NCBI GenBank assembly: GCA_950097015.1 | Contig: CATNEN010000025.1 | Location: 7,130,001 to 7,194,000 of the forward strand | DNA: 64,000 bases | DNA from: Macrostomum hystrix | Taxonomy: Eukaryota; Animalia; Platyhelminthes | Direction: 5' to 3' | In this document: positions 33,716 to 42,400 of the stretch, piece after piece | Numbering within the stretch: position 1 is the first letter of the stretch | Layout: the number at the start of each line of letters is the position of its first letter | Notes under the pieces: generated by a model | Told to the model about the DNA's origin: nothing | Database searches by the model: none | Seen by the model: only the letters and a program-made list of their open reading frames with translations | Translations under genes and position numbers: made by a program

Positions 33716-36700
33716 CCAATCTCAGATGTCGCGGAGGTGCGATCCTCCCCCCACCACCGGAAATGTCATTGTCATCGGACCATCTAGGCCGCTCGCCGCC
33801 CCGCCCTGTACCGAGGGCGACGAGGACAACCTCCACCAGGTCCTCCGCCTCCGAGGCGGCCACGACCCGCTGCCAGCCAGGAACCGGCCGAGAAACCGGC
33901 GCGGGAGATGCCACCGCAGCCCTCGGGAAGAGCTCCTGATCATGCAGTTTAACTGCAACGGCGTTAAAAGCCGCTCTCCGGAGTTAACCCGCTGGCTCGC
34001 CAAACACCGACCCGCCGCCGTCCTGCTTCAGGAAAGCAAACTCCCCCTGGATTCGGCCTGGACGGCCCCCAGAGGCTACAGCGTCGCCGCCCGTGCCGAC
34101 GGCGCTAACAAGGACGAGCTCTTCCCGCAGACCCTCCAAGCAGACCCCGGCACCGACAACAACAACAACGGCAGCAAGACCCAACTTGACACCGACCGTG
34201 CGCAGCCGCCAGGCAGGCCAGTGCGGAACGTCAAGCGCCCACGCTGCCGCCTTAGGCGACCCGACGCCCGCCAGGACTGGTGTGCGGGTTGCCGCTCGGG
34301 CCGCTCCGCCTGCACCCGTCGCGACGAGCCCTGGACAGCCGAGTCTGACCCTGGGCCGTCGCCGCCAGACCCGCCAACCGACCGAACGTCCGCCCAGCCC
34401 GACCCGGCGCCCAGCACCACCATCGCGCCCACCGGCCCGCGCCAGCCCGCCCGCAGCCCGCCAGGCCGCGGGGGCGCGCTTATCCTGGTGCGTGACGACA
34501 TCCCGTTTACCACCATCCCGGACTGCTCGCGGGGCCCGCTCGACATCGCAGCTTGTACGGTCCACCTGAAAGGTACTGGGAACACCACCCTGGTCAGCGT
34601 GTACGCCCCGCCCACCAGCAGTCAGAGGCCGGGCGAGCACTGGACCCCCGACTTCTCGGCCATTCCCACCACCGGCAACAGCTGCGTGGTCGACGGCGAT
34701 TTCAACGCGCACGGCAGCTGGGACACCAACTGCACCGAGGACGCTCGCGGCGTGGCCCTGGAGCTCTGGGCCGCCGACCGCCAGCTCCAGCTCTGCAACC
34801 GCCCAGGAGTCAGCACTAGGATCAACCCGGCCACTGGCGGCAAGTCCGCGCCCGACTCAACCTGGGCTAGGGGGGCCCTTTGCCAGACCGTGTGCTATTC
34901 CTGGAAGGTCGACTCCGACCTCGGCTCCGACCACCTGCCGATCCTTTTCGCTATTCAAGCCGAAAAACTTCGTCCAGGTCCGCGCCATACCCAATGGTCC
35001 TTCAAGAAGGCGGACTGGACCCGGTTTAAGGATAGCCTCAACGCAGCGAGAGGAACTACCGACGGCCGCGCCCGCCACTCGGAGAGCGCCTACAGGTCCC
35101 TCTGCAAGGACATCCTCAAGGCCGCCGCCGACTCCATTCCCAGAGGATCCCGCAAGGGCAAAGAGAAATCCTTCTGGAACGCAGCTTGTGACGCCGCTCT
35201 TAAATCCTGCCAAGAGGCCCGCCTCAGGACCGAGCTTGCTCCATCCGAGACCAACGTCGTGGATCTGAATCGAGCCCGAAGGGACTTCCGCTCCACTGTG
35301 GCCAATGCCAAACGCGACCACTGGAGCCATACCTGCGAGAGCCTTACCATCAACTCCGACCTTTTTAAACTTGCTCGGTCCCTGCGTGGCGATGCCCCAG
35401 CGGCCCGCTCCAGTGCCTGCATCAGTTTCACGACTGAGCGTGGACACCAGCACACGGCCGTGAGCGACCGCCAAAAGGCCGAGCTCTTCGCCGGCATCTA
35501 CGCCGCCGAGTCCCGCCTTGAAAAGGGCACAGACGACATTTCTACCCGCAGAGAAGCCAACGCGTACCTCCGCTCCTGCCGCAGGGCGGCCGGCCACAAT
35601 GACGCCGAGAGCGACTTCTCCATCGTCGAGCTCCGTGCCGCGATCAGGCGCCTCAAATCCGGAAAAAGCGCCGGGCCGGATGAGATCTGCAACGAGATGC
35701 TCAAGCAGCTCCCCCCGGCGGCAGAACAGCGCCTCCTCGCGATCTTTAACGCTGTGTGGAACGGCGCCCCGATCCCGACCGGCTGGAAGCGCGCAACCAT
35801 CGTGCCCATCCCCAAGAAGGGCAAAGACCTCGCGTCGCCCACGTCGTACCGCCCCATCGCGTTGACCAGCTGCGTGGCCAAGACCGCCGAGCGGATGATC
35901 CAACGGCGCCTCAGCTGCTGGCTTGAGCGCAACGGCATCCTCGCCCCGGAACAGGCGGGTTTCCGGATCGGGCGGAGCACCGAAGAAATCTTAGCTCACG
36001 TCTGCCAATCCGTGTTCGACGGACTGGAGGCCAGCCCGGCGCTCCGTTCGGCCCTTGTCCTGCTCGACTTTCGCCGTGCTTACAACCGCGTATGGCTCCG
36101 TGCCCTCTGCATTAAACTCCGCAACGCCGGTGTGCCGCCGCGCTTCACGCTCTGGATCTACAGATTCCTCCGCGACCGCCGTGCCACTGTCCGCTGGGGC
36201 GCCAGTCGCAGCCGCGAGCGCTGCTTTGAGGAAGGCCTCCCACAAGGCAGCGTCATCGCCCCGCTGTTGTGGCTTATCTATATTAACGATCTCCCCACTG
36301 CCGTCTCTCTGGCCAGCCCCAGCTGCATTATTAACCTGTACGCTGACGACAGTAGTCTCCTGGCTACCCAGCGCAAGCTTACCGACTGCAGCAACATCCT
36401 CCAGCCAGCGATCGACGCAGTCGTCAGGTGGTGCAAAAGGTGGAAGGTCCTGCTCAGCCTCGAGAAGTGTGAATACTCCACCTTCACCCTCTGCCCTTCG
36501 GAGACCAACGGTAAAGTCCGCCTTCCGCTCACCATCGATGGCAACGACCTTGCTTTCAACCCGCACCCGCGCCTCCTGGGTGTGACCCTCGACGGCCAGT
36601 TGACCTTCAGCAAGCACGGCACAGAGATCCGGCAGCGAATGGCCCAGCGCCGCCGAGCACTAGCGGCCATCGCGCACCGCAGCAACGGGGCCGACGCCCG

Positions 36701-38129
36701 AACTCTGAGGACGATTTACACCGCCACCATCCGCGCCTGCGCTGACTACGGCAGCGCCATCTGGCTCACCGGCGCCTCTCCCAGCACACGGCAGAGCGTG
36801 GAGCGCCAGCAAAACATCTGCGCCCGCCTCATCACTGGCTGCTGCAGCACTACGCCTAACAGCTTGTCCCTGCGACTAGCCAACCTGCCACCGATCGGCA
36901 CTGTGGCCATCGAGCGCGCCGCTAACCTCTTCGAGCGCATCGCGAGACTCCCTGCGAACTGCCCATCATTCCAAACGGCCCATCGCGAAACTCGTCCACG
37001 CCTTAAGTGTCGCAGTTTCGAGGAGCCGCCCGAGGACCCCGTCGCTGACACCGAACCGGCCGCAGCCCGCCTCCTGGACCTCGATCGCACCCGCCGTTTC
37101 CGCGGCTGCTGGCGCCGTGCAGCCAGCGAATTGCCCATCTCCAGCACTATTCGCCAGCTCCCTCGGGAGATGCCCTCGTGGCCGCCCCCTTGGAACTTTA
37201 AACGCGAGGGCGACGTCAGCTTCGATTTCAGCGCCCGGACAGTCAGCCGCACTGCACCGGCGGAAGCCCGCGCTGAGGCGGCCGCCGCCAGCATCGCTAG
37301 AGCCAGGCAAGCGGAAGCCACGGCCTGGACGGACGGCTCCGCAAGTGGCGGGTGCCGAAACGGCGGAGGTGCCGCCGTCATTCATTTCAACAACTCCATC
37401 ACCTGCGTTCACAAATCGGCGGGGTCCATCTGCAGCAGCTTCCAGGCGGAGCTCGTTGCCATTCACGCCGCCCTGGCTTTCTGTCACAATGAAGCGGCCC
37501 CCGGGCCCAAAAGCATCGCCGTCCTGAGCGACAGCCTTAGCGCGCTGTCTGCCCTCGAACAAGGACCGCTCAGCCAGTCGACCACGGTGGGGGAAGCTTG
37601 CTGGAGCATCATCACCGCCAGCGAAGCTTCTTTCGCCTTCATCTGGGTCCCCGGCCACGCCGGCATCGACGGCAACGACGCTGCGGACGCGGCAGCCGCC
37701 GAAGCCGCAGCCCAGGACCAAGCCAACTCTGCAATCAGCCTGTCGGCAGCCCGTGCTGCTATTCGCCGCGGACGCCAGGAACTTGACTATCAGATCCTTG
37801 GGCCACCGCTCCGCCCCACTGACCCTGGTCGATCGAGACTCGAGTTCGTTACGATCAACCAACTCCGAGCCGGGGTCAGCACCATCTGTGGCGTAACGCG
37901 ACAACGACTTGGCCTGCAGGACGACGACATCTGCCGAGACTGCGGCGCCACAGACACCACGGACCACGTCCTGCATCACTGCCCTAGGGGCGACGCGGCC
38001 CGTCACCGCATCTTCGGCACTGACGACCCCCTGACCGGCCCCGCCGGGAAGATTATTGCCTACCTCCGCGACATGGGGCGTTGGCCCCCGCCAATATTAG
38101 CGCCGATGCGCTACCGGCGAGCTGAGTAA
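33657..38129 (+). CDS. LINE polyprotein: APE endonuclease + reverse transcriptase + RNase H + CCHC zinc knuckle (1490 aa; true start uncertain)
   Basis: EN motifs NCNG, LQES, YAPP, GDFNAH, SDHLPI. RT motifs YRPIALTS, EQAGFR, GLPQGS, YADD (36339-36350). RNase H motifs WTDGS, FQAEL, SDSLS, WVPGHAGIDGN..AD. C-terminal CRDC...H...C. Confidence 0.95.
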   Translation: MGPRSRRAPERPLKDDEVSRQSQMSRRCDPPPTTGNVIVIGPSRPLAAPPCTEGDEDNLHQVLRLRGGHDPLPARNRPRNRRGRCHRSPREELLIMQFNCNGVKSRSPELTRWLAKHRPAAVLLQESKLPLDSAWTAPRGYSVAARADGANKDELFPQTLQADPGTDNNNNGSKTQLDTDRAQPPGRPVRNVKRPRCRLRRPDARQDWCAGCRSGRSACTRRDEPWTAESDPGPSPPDPPTDRTSAQPDPAPSTTIAPTGPRQPARSPPGRGGALILVRDDIPFTTIPDCSRGPLDIAACTVHLKGTGNTTLVSVYAPPTSSQRPGEHWTPDFSAIPTTGNSCVVDGDFNAHGSWDTNCTEDARGVALELWAADRQLQLCNRPGVSTRINPATGGKSAPDSTWARGALCQTVCYSWKVDSDLGSDHLPILFAIQAEKLRPGPRHTQWSFKKADWTRFKDSLNAARGTTDGRARHSESAYRSLCKDILKAAADSIPRGSRKGKEKSFWNAACDAALKSCQEARLRTELAPSETNVVDLNRARRDFRSTVANAKRDHWSHTCESLTINSDLFKLARSLRGDAPAARSSACISFTTERGHQHTAVSDRQKAELFAGIYAAESRLEKGTDDISTRREANAYLRSCRRAAGHNDAESDFSIVELRAAIRRLKSGKSAGPDEICNEMLKQLPPAAEQRLLAIFNAVWNGAPIPTGWKRATIVPIPKKGKDLASPTSYRPIALTSCVAKTAERMIQRRLSCWLERNGILAPEQAGFRIGRSTEEILAHVCQSVFDGLEASPALRSALVLLDFRRAYNRVWLRALCIKLRNAGVPPRFTLWIYRFLRDRRATVRWGASRSRERCFEEGLPQGSVIAPLLWLIYINDLPTAVSLASPSCIINLYADDSSLLATQRKLTDCSNILQPAIDAVVRWCKRWKVLLSLEKCEYSTFTLCPSETNGKVRLPLTIDGNDLAFNPHPRLLGVTLDGQLTFSKHGTEIRQRMAQRRRALAAIAHRSNGADARTLRTIYTATIRACADYGSAIWLTGASPSTRQSVERQQNICARLITGCCSTTPNSLSLRLANLPPIGTVAIERAANLFERIARLPANCPSFQTAHRETRPRLKCRSFEEPPEDPVADTEPAAARLLDLDRTRRFRGCWRRAASELPISSTIRQLPREMPSWPPPWNFKREGDVSFDFSARTVSRTAPAEARAEAAAASIARARQAEATAWTDGSASGGCRNGGGAAVIHFNNSITCVHKSAGSICSSFQAELVAIHAALAFCHNEAAPGPKSIAVLSDSLSALSALEQGPLSQSTTVGEACWSIITASEASFAFIWVPGHAGIDGNDAADAAAAEAAAQDQANSAISLSAARAAIRRGRQELDYQILGPPLRPTDPGRSRLEFVTINQLRAGVSTICGVTRQRLGLQDDDICRDCGATDTTDHVLHHCPRGDAARHRIFGTDDPLTGPAGKIIAYLRDMGRWPPPILAPMRYRRAE

Positions 38130-38145
38130 TCGAAGAAGAAGAAGA

Positions 38146-38535
38146 AGGCACAACAGAAGCAGCAACAGCACCCCGGGCAGGCACAACAGAAGCAGCAACA
38201 GCACGAAGAGCAGGCAAAACAGAAGCAGCAACAGCACCCCGGGCAGGCACAACAGAAGCAGCAACAGCACGACGAGCAGGCACAACAGAGGCAGCAACAG
38301 CACCCCGGGCAGGCACAACAGAAGCAGCAACAGCACCACGGCCAGGAACAACAGAAGCAGCAACAGCACCACGGCCAGGCACAACAGAAGCAGCAACAGC
38401 ACGACGAGCAGGCACAACAGAAGCAGCAACAGCACGACGAGCAGGCACAACAGAAGCAGCAACAGCACCCCGGGCAGGCACAACAGAAGCAGCAACAGCA
38501 CCACGGCCAGGCACAACAGAAGCAGCAACAGCAAC
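38146..38535. repeat. 33-bp minisatellite, right of the LINE (continuation of 31466-33612)
   Basis: The same unit resumes immediately after the LINE tail. Confidence 0.95.
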
Positions 38536-38856
38536 TCGAGTGGATCTTACCACCGCAGATTTATGATTAGCAGTTTTCTTTCTTTTCGAATAAGAAGATT
38601 TTGACTTACCGACAATTTTACGCTGATAATAAAGCCAGACAACTCGACGGTTTTCAATAGTGTTCTTTGCTGAAAGCTTGCTCAGAATTCGCCCGCAAGC
38701 ACCATAGGGACAGCGAAATGATTTGCCAAGGCACTCATCACTATAGTCTTTAAAATATTCAGGCGACAGTTCAAAAAAAGAAATGCGTCGATTGTGGGTT
38801 GCTGTGGAAATAAAGAAAATTGAAAGTAAAGCAATGATGCGAAGACTGAAAATCAT
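38158..38856 (-). CDS. 5' part of the transposase ORF (233 aa), in frame with 28372-33612 once the LINE and one TSD are removed
   Basis: Codon starts in both segments are 0 mod 3, and the junction reads ...A|SVVP, the repeat unit. The reconstructed ORF is 1979 aa. Confidence 0.75.
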
Positions 38857-39430
38857 GGTTAAAAATACATGAATATACGAGCAGACGATTGAAATCTGCT
38901 TTCCTCAAGGCTTTATACTCGAAAATTTATGCATGGGTTGTTCGGATAGGGATATGAGATAGCAAGCAAGAAGCAGATAAAGCAGCTGATTGGATATTCC
39001 AGCTACTAGTGTAAAACAGAGCACGGTACACACCCCAGAACACTTATTTTGTCAGGCATTAGCGATAAAACGTAAGGACAAAGCACTAAGAACTAAATGC
39101 AATAGAGGATACGCAATCGTCACTATAAAATGCGAAGGCTTTTAATAATGCGAAGACTATAAAACACGAGGCTTGAAATCTCAACAATCAACTTCAAACG
39201 CTAAAGCCTCAAAAGCCGACAAACGTAACAGGGCATTAGTACTTCAAATAATAAAAAAACAAATAGTAAAAATCAGATCCAACATGCAAAAATTGAGACC
39301 CATGTGCACGACAAGGCAAAAATTATTACCCTGTATTACCAATTGCGCATTACATCCCTACATGTTACGCAACTCAACGCTAAAAATACGCAGGCATCTC
39401 AGAGTGAGGGTGTTGTGTTGTGCCCACTAT

Positions 39431-42400
39431 TAAAATGGGAGATATCAGAGTGGGGGGGACTCGAGGGTCTACAACTCCGAGACGCGACTAGTCGGGGCTC
39501 TGAAATTTCACAGCCGTGTTCACAGATAATGTTTCCTTCCAGATCTGAGTTTTCAGCCTCGTCTGACCACCAGATTCAGTGAGGTGACGAAAAGTACTTT
39601 TAAAATGGGAGATATCAGAGTGGGGGGGACTCGAGGGTCTACAACTCCGAGACGCGACTAGTCAGGGCTCTGAAATTTTACAGCCGTGTTCACAGATAAT
39701 GTTTCCTTCCAGATCTGAGTTTTCAGCTTCTTTTGACCACCAGATTCAGTGAGGTGACGAAAAGTACTTTTAAAATGGGAGATATCAGAGTGGGGGGGAC
39801 TCGAGGGTCTACAACTCCGAGACGCGACTAGTCAGGGCTCTGAAATTTTACAGCCGTGTTCACAGATAATGTTTCCTTCCAGATCTGAGTTTTCAGCCTC
39901 GTCTGACCACCAGATTCAGTGAGGTGACGAAAAGTACTTTTAAAATGGGAGATATCAGAGTGGGGGGAACTCGAGGGTCTACAACTCCGAGACGCGACTA
40001 GTCAGGGCTCTGAAATTTTACAGCCGTGTTCACAGATAATGTTTCCTTCCAGATCTGAGTTTTCAGCTTCTTTTGACCACCAGATTCAGTGAGGTGACGA
40101 AAAGTACTTTTAAAATGGGAGATATCAGAGTGGGGGGGACTCGAGGGTCTACAACTCCGAGACGCGACTAGTCAGGGCTCTGAAATTTTACAGCCGTGTT
40201 CACAGATAATGTTTCCTTCCAGATCTGAGTTTTCAGCTTCTTTTGACCACCAGATTCAGTGAGGTGACGAAAAGTACTTTTAAAATGGGAGATATCAGAG
40301 TGGGGGGGACTCGAGGGTCTACAACTCCGAGACGCGACTAGTCAGGGCTCTGAAATTTTACAGCCGTGTTCACAGATAATGTTTCCTTCCAGATCTGAGT
40401 TTTCAGCCTCGTCTGACCACCAGATTCAGTGAGGTGACGAAAAGTACTTTTAAAATGGGAGATATCAGAGTGGGGGGGACTCGAGGGTCTACAACTCCGA
40501 GACGCGACTAGTCAGGGCTCTGAAATTTTACAGCCGTGTTCACAGATAATGTTTCCTTCCAGATCTGAGTTTTCAGCTTCTTTTGACCACCAGATTCAGT
40601 GAGGTGACGAAAAGTACTTTTAAAATGGGAGATATCAGAGTGGGGGGGACTCGAGGGTCTACAACTCCGAGACGCGACTAGTCAGGGCTCTGAAATTTTA
40701 CAGCCGTGTTCACAGATAATGTTTCCTTCCAGATCTGAGTTTTCAGCTTCTTTTGACCACCAGATTCAGTGAGGTGACGAAAAGTACTTTTAAAATGGGA
40801 GATATCAGAGTGGGGGGGACTCGAGGGTCTACAACTCCGAGACGCGACTAGTCAGGGCTCTGAAATTTTACAGCCGTGTTCACAGATAATGTTTCCTTCC
40901 AGATCTGAGTTTTCAGCCTCGTCTGACCACCAGATTCAGTGAGGTGACGAAAAGTACTTTTGAAATGGGAGATATCAGAGTGGGGGGGACTCGAGGGTCT
41001 ACAACTCCGAGACGCGACTAGTCAGGGCTCTGAAATTTTACAGCCGTGTTCACAGATAATGTTTCCTTCCAGATCTGAGTTTTCAGCTTCTTTTGACCAC
41101 CAGATTCAGTGAGGTGACGAAAAGTACTTTTAAAATGGGAGATATCAGAGTGGGGGGGACTCGAGGGTCTACAACTCCGAGACGCGACTAGTCAGGGCTC
41201 TGAAATTTTACAGCCGTGTTCACAGATAATGTTTCCTTCCAGATCTGAGTTTTCAGCTTCTTTTGACCACCAGATTCAGTGAGGTGACGAAAAGTACTTT
41301 TAAAATGGGAGATATCAGAGTGGGGGGGACTCGAGGGTCTACAACTCCGAGACGCGACTAGTCAGGGCTCTGAAATTTTACAGCCGTGTTCACAGATAAT
41401 GTTTCCTTCCAGATCTGAGTTTTCAGCTTCTTTTGACCACCAGATTCAGTGAGGTGACGAAAAGTACTTTTAAAATGGGAGATATCAGAGTGGGGGGGAC
41501 TCGAGGGTCTACAACTCCGAGACGCGACTAGTCAGGGCTCTGAAATTTTACAGCCGTGTTCACAGATAATGTTTCCTTCTAGATCTGAGTTTTCAGCATC
41601 GTCTGACCACCAGATTCAGTGAGGTGACGAAAAGTACTTTGAAAATTGGGAGATATCAGAGTGGGGGGGACTCGAGGGTCTACAACTCCGAGACGCGACT
41701 AGTCAGGGCTCTGAAATTTTACAGCCGTGTTCACAGATAATGTTTCCTTCCAGATCTGTTTTTTCAGCTTCTTTTGACCACCAGATTCAGTGAGGTGACG
41801 AAAAGTACTTTTAAAATGGGAGATATCAGAGTGGGGGGGACTCGAGGGTCTACAACTCCGAGACGCGACTAGTCAGGGCTCTGAAATTTTACAGCCGTGT
41901 TCACAGATAATGTTTCCTTCCAGATCTGAGTTTTCAGCTTCTTTTGACCACCAGATTCAGTGAGGTGACGAAAAGTACGTTTAAAATGGGAGATATCAGA
42001 GTGGGGGGGACTCGAGGGTCTACAACTCCGAGACGCGACTAGTCAGGGCTCTGAAATTTTACAGCCGTGTTCACAGATAATGTTTCCTTCCAGATCTGAG
42101 TTTTCAGCTTCTTTTGACCACCAGATTCAGTGAGGTGACGAAAAGTACTTTTAAAATGGGAGATATCAGAGTGGGGGGGACTCGAGGGTCTACAACTCCG
42201 AGACGCGACTAGTCAGGGCTCTGAAATTTTACAGCCGTGTTCACAGATAATGTTTCCTTCCAGATCTGAGTTTTCAGCTTCTTTTGACCACCAGATTCAG
42301 TGAGGTGACGAAAAGTACTTTTAAAATGGGAGATATCAGAGTGGGGGGGACTCGAGGGTCTACAACTCCGAGACGCGACTAGTCAGGGCTCTGAAATTTT

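Larger units (their letters stand above)
33613..38145 (+). mobile_element. Apparently full-length I-group (Ingi/I-like) non-LTR retrotransposon
   Basis: 12-bp TSD AGGCACAACAGA (33601-33612 and 38146-38157), a (GAA)5 3' tail and a single intact ORF. It is GC-rich compared with its host element. Confidence 0.93.

Noticed and set aside
34093-38006. Many overlapping ORFs on both strands of the LINE
   Set aside because: These are shadow ORFs from GC-rich codon usage of the single true ORF.
31190-38551. An intron removing the 33-bp array plus the LINE (donor GTG|GTAAGA at 38550)
   Set aside because: The donor is phase 0, but the three nearby acceptors I checked (31409, 31217, 31191) are phase 2, 2 and 1. 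It is unsupported without cDNA.
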